A DNA stretch of 64,000 bases. Source: Candidatus Eiseniibacteriota bacterium. Its GTDB lineage: Bacteria; Eisenbacteria; RBG-16-71-46; JABDJR01. Shown here in pieces: positions 50,670-62,255 of this stretch. The notes under the pieces are model-generated. The model worked only from the letters and a program-made list of their open reading frames with translations, made no database searches and was not told the origin of the DNA. Where the stretch lies: contig CAVXKA010000002.1 in the NCBI GenBank assembly GCA_963762255.1, forward strand, positions 256,001 to 320,000. Reading direction: 5' to 3'. Each line of letters starts with the position of its first letter. Within the stretch, counting starts at the first letter, position 1. The translations under genes and the position numbers were made by a program.

Positions 50670-53280
50670 CTAGAAGATTCTTCCGAACTGGATATGCGCC
50701 TTCCCTCCCCGGCCGTCGTAACGTCCGGTTCCGCGATCCAGTCGGTCAAAACCGTATCCGTAGTCGAAGCCGATCAGGCCGAGGAGCGGAACCTCCATGC
50801 GGAGCCCCACCCCCACACTCCTGTGGATGGAGTCCCACCGGAAATCCCGGATCCCCCCCCAGGTTCCTCCCCAATCGGTGAAGAGCAGGCCGTGCAGCGG
50901 CTCCGCGATGGGGAACTGCCACTCGAGGGTGAAGGCCATCATGTACTTCCCGCCCGGGTAGTAGACCGTGCTCGGAGACACCGCGTACGTGGTGTCGTAG
51001 ACGGCGGCGCTGTCGGCGCCGCTGCGCTCGATGTAGCGCTGCACGAGGAAGCGGCGCGTCACGCTGTCGTTGGGAACGATCTCGTAGTCGTCATAGCCGC
51101 GCAACGCATCGTACGTCGTTCCGCCCATCCGGAAGAGCTCGTTGCTCTCGGGGGCGAACCGCAGGATGTGACGTGGAACCGGCAGATCGACCGTGCCCCC
51201 GGTGCCCAAATCGACGCTGGAGTAGGTCGCCCCCGGCGGAATGGCCGATTCCACCAGATACTCGTCGGGAAGGAGCGGAGTATCGCGAAACGCCTCTCCT
51301 ACCGCGCCCACGCGAAGCCGGGGCATGAGAATCGGCTTCCAGCCCCTGAGATGGACCGTAGACAGATACCGGGACACGTCGAGCTGATACTTCTGATAGA
51401 CCTGATCGCCCCCCAGCGGCCCCCCCGAGAACTCGGTGCTGAGGCTGGCCGAAGAGCCCACCGTGGGATAGATCGGATGGTCGGTGCTATTGCGGATGAG
51501 GCTCAGCGTGAAACGGGACGTGAGCGCCGTTTCCTGACTCAGGCGGAATCCGGTCAGGAAGGAACTGGTGGTGATGGTCGAACTGGTGTCGGTGCTCGCC
51601 GTCGAGTTGGTCTCGTCCACCACGGTCTGGTTCTCGAGCCCGTAGCTGGCGAAGAGACGCGTGTAGGCCAACGGCAGAAGACGCCCCAGGCGCACCGCAC
51701 CGCCCACCCGGCGGATCTCGAGATCGAGGTCCGTTCCGCTGTAGATCCGGTTGGTGCTGAAGAAGTCGAGACCAACCGAAGTGGGGCTCCCGCGGAACCA
51801 GGGCTCGGTGAAGGAGAGCTCGGCGTTGTTGCGCTGACTCCCCCGCTCCATGCGGAGGTTCATGCTCTGGCCGTTGCCGAACAGGTTGGGGTGGCCCAGT
51901 TCCATGAACCCGGTCAGCCCCACCGCGCTGGAGAAGCCGAAACCGGCGGACGCGGTCCCCACCTGCTTCTCCTCCATCTCGAAGGTGATGTCGATGTCGT
52001 TGGAGTTGAGCACCGGTTTGGAGGTCGGGACCACGTTCGTGAAGAAGCCGAGCTGCTGCAGCTCGCGCTGACTGCGCACGAGCGCGTTGCGCCGGAAGAG
52101 ATCGCCGGGACGGATGGCGAGCTGGCGGCGGATCACCCGCTCCTTGGTGCGTGTGTTCCCGGTGATGAGCACGTCGCGCACGTGGGACGGCTCCCCCTCG
52201 GTTACCTTGAAGCGGATGGACACCGTGGAGTCGGCGGAGGTGAAATCGGGCTGCACGTTCAGGTAGATGTAGCCCTGCTCGGCATAGGCGCCGTACGCCT
52301 CTTCCAGCGTCTTCTCGACCTTCTCCTGGTTGAAGACGGCGCCGGTTTCCACCCGGGTCACCGCGTAGAGGGCGCGCGTGGAGAGAACCTTGTTCCCCTC
52401 CCACGTGACGTCCCCCACCGTGTAGCGGGCACCTTCGCTCACCTTGATCTCGACGATCACCCGATCCTCGCGCGAGCCGGGGATCACCTCGTACCCTTCC
52501 ACCTTGCCGTCACGGAATCCGCGCTTGGCCATCTCGGCCTCAATGCGAGGCGGGTCCTCGGCGAGGACCTCCGGCTTGTAGACGCCGCCCCGGAGGAACC
52601 CCTTCGTCCCCTGCTCCATCGCTCCGCGCAGGTCGTCCGACTCGAGTCGGGCGAGCCCCAGGAAGCGCACCGCTTCCACGCGCACCTTGGGTCCCTCGGT
52701 GACCTCCACCAGCAGGATGCGGCGCGTCTCCGAGTCGCCGGCGAGATAGCGCGGCTTCGCCTCGGCGCGCGAGTACCCCTTCTGCTCGTAGAGTTGAACG
52801 ACCTTGCGGGCCACCCGGGACAGGGTGCGGTCGTCGGCCATCCGGCCGATCAGCGTGCCGAGGCCCTCCAGCAGATCCTTGTCCTTGATTTCCTTGTTGC
52901 CCGCGAACTCGATCGTCCCGACGCGCGGGATTTCCACGACCCGCACTTCGAGCGCGAGACCGCCGGGCACGGGGCTCCCCTCCACGGCGACGTCGCTGAA
53001 GAAGCCGAGGTCATAGAGGCGTCGGATTCCCCTCCGCACCGCGTCGGTCGAATACCGCGATCCCACCGGGAGGCCGAACGCGCGCAGGATGAGTTCCCCA
53101 TCCACGGTGACGTTGCCGCCCACCTGGATGGAAGCGACGGTATCGGCGGCGGCCGTTGTCGTCTGGGCCCGCCCCACGGGGGGCGTGGTTTGGGCCCGCC
53201 CCACGGCGGGCCCGATGGCCACGGAGATCCACATCAATAGGAGGGAGAAGGCGAAGACGCGGCTCCCCCCCGGAAGCCGA

Positions 53281-53288
<8 letters not shown>
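50670..53288 (-). CDS. bamA: Outer-membrane protein assembly factor BamA
   Basis: POTRA repeats (GNTRTKERVIRR), NLFGNGQ, SFTEPW, LRGY, C-terminal QFGRIF. Confidence 0.93.
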
Positions 53289-55746
<2,458 letters not shown>

Positions 55747-55757
55747 GCGGTCGCCTC

Positions 55758-56900
55758 CTAGTCCGGCCCCGGCGAGGGGTGTTGCGCTGAAGTACCCGAT
55801 CCGCCGCCCAAGGGTTCCCGTCCCCCTCCGGCCAGACGGGCGCGCACGTAGTCCGCGCGCAGCCGCCGCCGCTCCTCCTGATCCAACTCGCGCGCCGCTC
55901 GGCCGCGAATGTGGCCGGGCTGCGAAAAGACGAGGATCTCGTTCAACGCGGCCAGCGGGCAGAGGCCCTCGAGTTCGAGAGCGATGCCGAAACGGACCGC
56001 CGAGGCCAGGCTCACCACCTCCTCGGCGGAGATGGAGCGCGCGTTCTGCAGGGTGCCGTACGCGCGGTAGATCTTGTCCTCGAGCTGGAGCCGCGCACCG
56101 CCCCAGATCACGTCGCGCGCCTCCTCTTCGAAGCCGATGATGCGCCGGACCACCTGCTCCAGACGACCGGTGATGTCGTGCTCGTTCTTGCCGAGCGTGG
56201 TCTGGTTCGAGATCTGGAAGAAATTGCCGCGCACCTCGGTGCCCTCGCCGTAGAACCCGCGCACCGCGAATCCCATGGAGGTCACGCCGTTGATCACCTT
56301 CTTGGCCCGCTTGGTGAGGATGAGCGCGGGCAGGTGCGCGAGCACGGAGACGCGAATGCCGGTCCCCGCGTTGGTCGGGCACGCGGTCAGATAGCCAAGC
56401 TGATCGTCGAACGCGTAGTCGAGGCTGGCGTCGAGAAAGTCGTCCACCTCGTTGAGCCGGTCGAGGGTCTCGCCGAGGCGCAGCCCGGAGGCCACGCTCT
56501 GGAGCCGAAGGTGATCCTCCTCGTTGACCATGATCGTGAGGCGTTCGCCGTCCCCCACCAGCACGCCGCGGTGACGCCCGCCGCGGACGAGATCGCGGCT
56601 CACCAGCCGCCGCTCCACCAGAATCTCCAGATCCTCCTCGGCCATCTCGTCCAGCGCCAGGTAGGGGGCGCCGTGCAAGACCGCGAGATCCTCCGCTGCC
56701 CGCCGCACGCGCCCCACCACCGAGCGCTGCTGCTCGGGGGTCGTGCGCGCGGGGAAAGGCATCGCGGCGAGGTTGCGCGCGAAACGGGTGCGCGAGGAAA
56801 GAATGGTGTGGTCGACCGGACCCGCTTCCACCGCCCATGCGGGGGCCTGCATCAGGAGACCGCGCAGAACGGCGGCGCCGTTCCTTCCGTTTCCGGTCAT
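55758..56900 (-). CDS. mcsB: Protein-arginine kinase
   Basis: SSRTRFARN, MVNEEDHLRLQ, GYLTACPTN, RGFYGEG, FQISNQ. Confidence 0.93.
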   Translation of the reverse strand: MTGNGRNGAAVLRGLLMQAPAWAVEAGPVDHTILSSRTRFARNLAAMPFPARTTPEQQRSVVGRVRRAAEDLAVLHGAPYLALDEMAEEDLEILVERRLVSRDLVRGGRHRGVLVGDGERLTIMVNEEDHLRLQSVASGLRLGETLDRLNEVDDFLDASLDYAFDDQLGYLTACPTNAGTGIRVSVLAHLPALILTKRAKKVINGVTSMGFAVRGFYGEGTEVRGNFFQISNQTTLGKNEHDITGRLEQVVRRIIGFEEEARDVIWGGARLQLEDKIYRAYGTLQNARSISAEEVVSLASAVRFGIALELEGLCPLAALNEILVFSQPGHIRGRAARELDQEERRRLRADYVRARLAGGGREPLGGGSGTSAQHPSPGPD

Positions 56901-57439
56901 GCGCCTCGCCTCTCCCCGGCCTGGCCCGCAGTTTCCATATCGCGAATGCGGTCGCGCAGCTCGGCCGCGCGCTCGTAGTCCTCGGCAAACACCGCGCGCT
57001 CGAGCTCTTCATTGAGGCGGCGCAGTTGGGCGGCTCGCTCGTAGCTCTTTCCCTCGCGCGTGGGGCGCTTGCCCGCGTGCTTCGTGCTGCCGTGCAGGCG
57101 GCGCAGGAGCGGTTCGAGCTCGGCGGAGAAGGTCTGGTAGCAGCGCGCGCACCCGAGTCGGCCGGTCTCGCGGAACTGCGTGTAGGTGAGGCCGCAACCG
57201 GGGCAGGCGCCCTCGGTGCCCTTCACCTCACCAAGACTCTTGAACAGCACCGAGACCGGGTCCGCCTTGAACTCCACCGTTCCGGAAGCCCCGGCTTCCA
57301 CCCCCTGCTCGCGCGCGCAGGAGACGCAGAGGTGGAAGATTTCCTCTTCCCCTTCGGCGACACGCCGCACGTGGACGGTGGCGGGTTCCTTCCCGCACCG
57401 TTCGCAGGTGGTGGGATCCTTCTCTTCGTGCTCGTTCAT
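56897..57439 (-). CDS. mcsA: McsB activator (four CxxC + UVR)
   Basis: CERC, CVSC, CPGC, GRLGCARCY, EDYERAAELRD. Confidence 0.92.
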   Translation of the reverse strand: MNEHEEKDPTTCERCGKEPATVHVRRVAEGEEEIFHLCVSCAREQGVEAGASGTVEFKADPVSVLFKSLGEVKGTEGACPGCGLTYTQFRETGRLGCARCYQTFSAELEPLLRRLHGSTKHAGKRPTREGKSYERAAQLRRLNEELERAVFAEDYERAAELRDRIRDMETAGQAGERRGA

Positions 57440-57470
57440 GAAACCCTTGTTTTCCTTGCCCCCGCGCGGT

Positions 57471-58172
57471 TTACCCGATTATCGGCCCGGCCTTTGCCGG
57501 ATGGAGACGGCCACCTTCCAAACGGTACACCTCATCCGCGCGACCGGCCAGCCGGTCATCGTGGGTGGCCACGATCGCGGTCTGTCCGCGCTCCCGCACG
57601 AGGTGCTCCAGAAGCTCTTGCAGCTCGTCGCTGTTCGAGCGATCGAGGTTGCCCGAGGGCTCGTCGGCCAGGAGCACGATCGGCTCGTTCATGAGCGCAC
57701 GGGCCACCGCCACCCGCTGCTGCTCCCCTCCGGAGAGTTCCCCGGGCCGGTGCTCCTTGCGCGCGGCCAGCCCCACCAGGGCCAAGAGCTTAGCCGCTTG
57801 CGCCTGGGCGTCGGCGCGGCCCCGCCCGGCGATGAGACCGGGCATCATCACGTTTTCCAGCGCGTCGAACTCGGGCAGGAGATGATGAAACTGAAACACG
57901 AAACCGATCGACCGGTTGCGGAACTTGGCCAGCTCCCGCGAGGTCAATGCGAAGACGTCTTTGCCACCGAATTTGACCGTGCCGCGGGTCGGGCGGTCGA
58001 GCGTGCCGAGGACGTGGAGCAGGGTGCTTTTTCCCGACCCCGAGGCCCCGGTGATGGCGGTCAGTGCCCCGGCGCGCGGGGTGAAATCGAGCCCGTCCAG
58101 CACGGTCAGGTCGCCGCCCGGGGAGGAATAGACCTTCGCGAGGTTCGCGACCTCGATCACCGGCGCCGGCAT
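57471..58172 (-). CDS. lolD: Lipoprotein-releasing ABC ATPase
   Basis: GASGSGKST, GFVFQFHHLLPEF, LSGGEQQR, ADEPSGNLD. Confidence 0.9.
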   Translation of the reverse strand: MPAPVIEVANLAKVYSSPGGDLTVLDGLDFTPRAGALTAITGASGSGKSTLLHVLGTLDRPTRGTVKFGGKDVFALTSRELAKFRNRSIGFVFQFHHLLPEFDALENVMMPGLIAGRGRADAQAQAAKLLALVGLAARKEHRPGELSGGEQQRVAVARALMNEPIVLLADEPSGNLDRSNSDELQELLEHLVRERGQTAIVATHDDRLAGRADEVYRLEGGRLHPAKAGPIIG

Positions 58173-58203
58173 GGACGGTTCCCCCTACGCAACATGGCCG
58201 ATG

Positions 58204-58232
58204 ATATTAGGTTGGGGTTGGGGGGGTGTCAA
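58204..58232 (-). promoter_or_regulatory. Near-consensus sigma-70 promoter facing lolD
   Basis: TTGACA (58232-58227), 17 bp spacer with a C7 tract, TAATAT (58209-58204). Confidence 0.7.
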
Positions 58233-58351
58233 ACGGGGGGGGCTTGGTGTCCATGGACGCGGCAGGGGGCCAGCGGTGCTGGGTTATAATCTATGCATCT
58301 CGAAATCATGCTCCGGCTATAGCCGCAGTGCAGGGAAAGGGTGAGGCTCGC

Positions 58352-60214
58352 TTGCAGGCTCATGGGGTTCTGCGCGCAACGCGGCAGCGCCGCCTATTCA
58401 TCCTCGCGGCGTTGGTCGCTGCACTCCCTGCGGCGGCGGGCGCGAGAGCGGTGCGGGCCCCTCTCGATGAATCCGCACCACTTGGTGAGGAGGACTATTC
58501 AAGCGGCCCGCGCCAGGGAGTCGTCACCACTTCGGCAGCTCCGGCCGACCTTCCGAACCCGCCGCTTCGGCTTCAGTCATTGCTCTCAGGCAGCTGGACC
58601 CCCGAGCGGGAGGTTTTCAAGCCCGACGGCTACAACAGTTACGCCTTTGACGCCATTCTTGATTCTCAAGGTCGTTCCTTCATCGTCTTCTCCCGTAACG
58701 ACCCATCGAGGAGCGGTCAGCCGCTCGTGCTCTTCTGGTCTCGGAACACGGGAAGCGCCTGGACCCAGAAGACGAGGGTGTCTCCCACAGACGATTCGAT
58801 GGTATCCAAACCACGGCTTGCCCGGGGCAGTGATGGTCGTCTGTGGCTCGTGTGGGCGAATGTCACGCTCCGTGGGATTTGGTACGCCGTGCTGGATTCC
58901 ACTCAATGGTCTACACCCGCTCGCGTGAACCCCTCGGATGCATGGAACCAGTACTCCCCAGTCATCGCCGAAGGCGGTGGAGAGTTGTGGTGTACTTGGT
59001 ACGCGTCCACCGCGGGTACCAACAAATACGACGTCTTTGTGTCGCGATGGACGGGGTCCTCCTGGAGCAGCCCTGAGAATCTGACCTACGAGATCCCCGG
59101 ACGGCACTGGTTCGTAGATTTGGCGGTGGACTCACAAGGTCAACCTCACCTCGTCTGGGGCAACTCGGACACAGGCGGCTTGCTCTACACAATGAGGTCG
59201 AACTCGGGGGGGTGGACCGTTCCTGAGCGGATCAACAATGCGCCAACTACTGGATGGCCCTACTGCGGCATCTCGCTTGCCGAAGTCAGCGAGATACATG
59301 TCTTTTGGGTGACATCGACTGAAGATCTAGCCTATCGGCGCCGGTCCTCGGCCGGTAGCTGGGAACCCGAGCAGGTTCCGTACAGCCATTTAGGGTGGGG
59401 AGTCGCATATCCGGACATTAGATCCTTCGATGGGACTGTCTCCATCGTATGGCAGGAGTACACAGGGGTCACCGAGGCAATCTATGAGATGGAGCCCGGC
59501 GATGAAATCCATCGGCTGGACAGCGGCACATGGTTCTATGAGGAGACCCCGGTCCTTCTCGCAGGGCCCGACTCCCTGAGGGTGTTCTGGGCAGTTGGGG
59601 ACCCAGTCTATTCGGGCGTCACATTCCTCTCTTCGACCCGGGCCATTGCTCCCCCTGTGCCCGTCCAGCTCACCTTCGCCTCCATGCGGCGCGAAAACGA
59701 TGGCGTCGTCCTGGAATGGCGGACGAGCGAATCGAATCCAGGCTCATTCTATGTGGACAGAGAACTGCCCGGGCAGCCCCGCGCGCGCATCTCAGATGCA
59801 GTCGACCCGATCGGGGCCGCCTACTCCTGCCTTGATGCCTCCGCCCCGCCGGCGGGCACCAAGTACTACATCGAGCTCCTGGATCGTGCGGGCGGCACGA
59901 CGACCTTCGGTCCGTATGAATTGCTCGACGGGCCAGGCGTCCTAAGCGTGGGCGCACGGCTGACCGCAAGCCCCAACCCATTCCGCGCCGGCGTGAAGCT
60001 CGCAGCCCGCAATCTGCCCCCCGGCGATCTGGTGATCGAGGTCTGCTCCGTCGCCGGTCGGGTCGTTCACCGTGAGCCGGCACTCACCGGCTTCGCCGGC
60101 GGAGATGCGGCGTTCCAGATCGCCGCCCTTGATGCGCTCCCGGCCGGGATGTACTTCGCGCGTGTACGCGTGGGCACGCAGTCTGTGTCGACCAAGCTCG
60201 TGAAGCTGGACTAG
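58352..60214 (+). CDS. Secreted Trp-rich repeat (beta-propeller-like) protein with T9SS/FlgD-like C-terminal domain
   Basis: Signal peptide LFILAALVAALPAAAGA; repeated W-S/T-x-P-x-R/N and D-x-x-G motifs; VPVQL linker; PNPF...VAGRVV...LPAGMYFARV...KLVKL. Start uncertain (ORF open from 58226). Confidence 0.75.
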   Translation: MQAHGVLRATRQRRLFILAALVAALPAAAGARAVRAPLDESAPLGEEDYSSGPRQGVVTTSAAPADLPNPPLRLQSLLSGSWTPEREVFKPDGYNSYAFDAILDSQGRSFIVFSRNDPSRSGQPLVLFWSRNTGSAWTQKTRVSPTDDSMVSKPRLARGSDGRLWLVWANVTLRGIWYAVLDSTQWSTPARVNPSDAWNQYSPVIAEGGGELWCTWYASTAGTNKYDVFVSRWTGSSWSSPENLTYEIPGRHWFVDLAVDSQGQPHLVWGNSDTGGLLYTMRSNSGGWTVPERINNAPTTGWPYCGISLAEVSEIHVFWVTSTEDLAYRRRSSAGSWEPEQVPYSHLGWGVAYPDIRSFDGTVSIVWQEYTGVTEAIYEMEPGDEIHRLDSGTWFYEETPVLLAGPDSLRVFWAVGDPVYSGVTFLSSTRAIAPPVPVQLTFASMRRENDGVVLEWRTSESNPGSFYVDRELPGQPRARISDAVDPIGAAYSCLDASAPPAGTKYYIELLDRAGGTTTFGPYELLDGPGVLSVGARLTASPNPFRAGVKLAARNLPPGDLVIEVCSVAGRVVHREPALTGFAGGDAAFQIAALDALPAGMYFARVRVGTQSVSTKLVKLD

Positions 60215-60421
60215 CGTAACGGCCCACCAGCCGCGACTCGCTGACCGCATGATCACCCGGGTGAGCACGGCACCCTTACTGGATGCACAGCGATCTTCAA
60301 TTGGCAGCCTCGGCGTCGCTTCACCTGTCAACTGGCAACACGGCATCGCCACCTCTTTCAGCCGGCAGCCCCAGCTTCTTGGGGCCCGCGAATATTTTCT
60401 TTCGCGTAAATCACTTTTTTG

Positions 60422-60450
60422 TTGACGTATTTGTTGCGACGCGATACGTT
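60422..60450 (+). promoter_or_regulatory. Putative sigma-70 promoter of the HNH gene
   Basis: TTGACG-17 bp-TACGTT preceded by an AT-rich UP-like tract. Confidence 0.6.
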
Positions 60451-60500
60451 CTTCGTACCCACCCACTTCCCCCGTCCTTCCCGTCCACGGAGGGACCGTC

Positions 60501-61847
60501 ATGTCCGCATCAGTCGTTGCGCCTCTTGCGCCCGTGTTGAATTCTGCCCGGCTCGCATCATCATCCGCGCCCCCCCAGCTCACCCGGGTGAGCGGCCAGG
60601 GATCAGCGGAGGTCATTGGACCCGCCGCACCCGATTCACCGCTGCCCGCCTCCGAAGTAGAGGCGCGGCTGCTTGCCGCCCTCCGCGACCTGGACACCGC
60701 CCGCAAGAACGCGGTCATGTGGTTCGCGGAGATCCTCGCCCGCAAGCTCTACCTGGAGTTCGACTGCTCCAGCATCCATCACTACGCTCGCCAGCGGTTG
60801 GGGTTCTCGCGGGCCCGCACCGCCTACTTCCTGCGGCTCTGCCGCTCGTTCGAGCAGCTGCCGGCGTTGCGGGAATCCGTGGCCACCGGCGCTCTGCCCT
60901 GGACCAAGGCCCGCGAGGTGGTGAAGGTGGCGACGCCGGAAACGGAGACGTTTTGGGTCAACCAGGCGCAGACCGTCGGACGGCGGGAGCTGGAGCGTCG
61001 GGTGGCGGCAACGCGGGGCGCCGCGAAGGCTCGGCGTCGGGCGCCGGGGCAGGAAGTGCTGCTGGTGGCAGGCGCTGCGGCGCTGGATCGCGCGACCCCA
61101 GGCGGCTCAGGCGCTGATCCCGTGGGACCGGCGATGGCGGACCCGATCGTGGAGGTCCCCGTCACGGTGTCATTCACTCTGTCCCCCGAGCAGTACGCCC
61201 GCTACGAGGCGATGCTAGAAGCGGCGCGCAGGAACGGCTGCCGCGGCTCGCGGGAAGAGCTCTTCCTCGCCGCCTGGGAGATGCTCACCCGGGCGGATAT
61301 GGCTGGCAGTTGCGACGGATCGCCCGACGCAGCGAGCGAGGGGTTCGCCGTGCGCGCGCAGCGGAGGGGCGCTTCAGCGGGACCCCGACGCGAGCACGCA
61401 CGGCGACCCCAAGCGACGCCGCAGAGCGCAGCCCCCACATCCCCGCGCTATCAGATCGTGATCCGCCAGTGTGAGACCTGTGGCCGCGCGGAGATCGCGA
61501 CGGGGAGGGGGACGATGCCCGTTGCGCCCAAGACGCTGGAGACCGCGCTCTGCGACGCGCGCGTGCATCGCCACGGAGACAAGAACCGCGCAACGATCCC
61601 GCCATCAAGACGGTGGGAAGTACTCGCCCGCGATCATCACCGCTGTCGCACCACAGGCTGTGGGAGCGCGCGATTTCTGGATGTCCACCACATCGTCCCG
61701 CGCGAACACGGCGGCACCAACGATCCGGAGAACCTGATCACCCTGTGCGCGGCCTGCCATCGAATGATCCACGATCGCGCGGATGGTGGCCGCGCGTGGC
61801 CGTTCCATGCCGACACGCGGAACGGACCTCATGTGACAGGTGGGTGA
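60501..61847 (+). CDS. HNH endonuclease with DUF222-like N-terminal domain
   Basis: RBS GGAGGG; N-terminal helical region (LPALRESVATGALPWTKAREV); C-terminal RD..RC....C...LDVHHIVP...GG.N...NLITLCAACH. Confidence 0.88.
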   Translation: MSASVVAPLAPVLNSARLASSSAPPQLTRVSGQGSAEVIGPAAPDSPLPASEVEARLLAALRDLDTARKNAVMWFAEILARKLYLEFDCSSIHHYARQRLGFSRARTAYFLRLCRSFEQLPALRESVATGALPWTKAREVVKVATPETETFWVNQAQTVGRRELERRVAATRGAAKARRRAPGQEVLLVAGAAALDRATPGGSGADPVGPAMADPIVEVPVTVSFTLSPEQYARYEAMLEAARRNGCRGSREELFLAAWEMLTRADMAGSCDGSPDAASEGFAVRAQRRGASAGPRREHARRPQATPQSAAPTSPRYQIVIRQCETCGRAEIATGRGTMPVAPKTLETALCDARVHRHGDKNRATIPPSRRWEVLARDHHRCRTTGCGSARFLDVHHIVPREHGGTNDPENLITLCAACHRMIHDRADGGRAWPFHADTRNGPHVTGG

Positions 61848-62161
61848 TCACCCGGGTGATCAACTGGGTGATCCTTGCGCCGGGTAGGGCGGGGCCCGTC
61901 GATCGCCCGGATGCGTGGTGCGCGCCCTGAGATGCTCGCGCGGCGCGGCGGAGCCGGATCGCCCCGCGAACGACGAAGGGCCTCTGAGCCGCGGCGGGCG
62001 CGAGGCGGCGCCATGATACAGGGCTTGAACGGCTCGACACCGGGGCGGACGGATGTTTCGTTCACCCGGGTGATCAACTGGGGGATCCTTGCGCTGGGTA
62101 GTGCGGGGGCCGTCGATCGCCCGGATGCGTGGTGTCCAGCTTGAGATGGTCGCGCGGCGCG
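61848..62161 (+). repeat. Two ~100-bp direct repeats with a 214-bp period
   Basis: 61848-61947 vs 62062-62161, ungapped, 10 mismatches by manual alignment. Confidence 0.9.
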
Positions 62162-62255
62162 TAGCGGGTTCGCGGGTCGGCCGCAGTCCGAAGGGCCGCG
62201 AAGCGGGGGCCCCTTCGGCGAGGACGACCCGCGACACGCGAAGCGCCGGGCGCGG

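Larger units (their letters stand above)
60250..62076. repeat. Four copies of a palindrome with core TCACCCGGGTGA
   Basis: 60250-60267 TGATCACCCGGGTGAGCA; 60578-60593 GCTCACCCGGGTGAGC; 61845-61862 TGATCACCCGGGTGATCA; 62062-62076 TCACCCGGGTGATCA. Confidence 0.9.

Noticed and set aside
61845-62161. CRISPR or TIGR-type array
   Set aside because: Only two ~100-bp units, no regular short repeat-spacer period, and no cas or Nop-domain gene recognised
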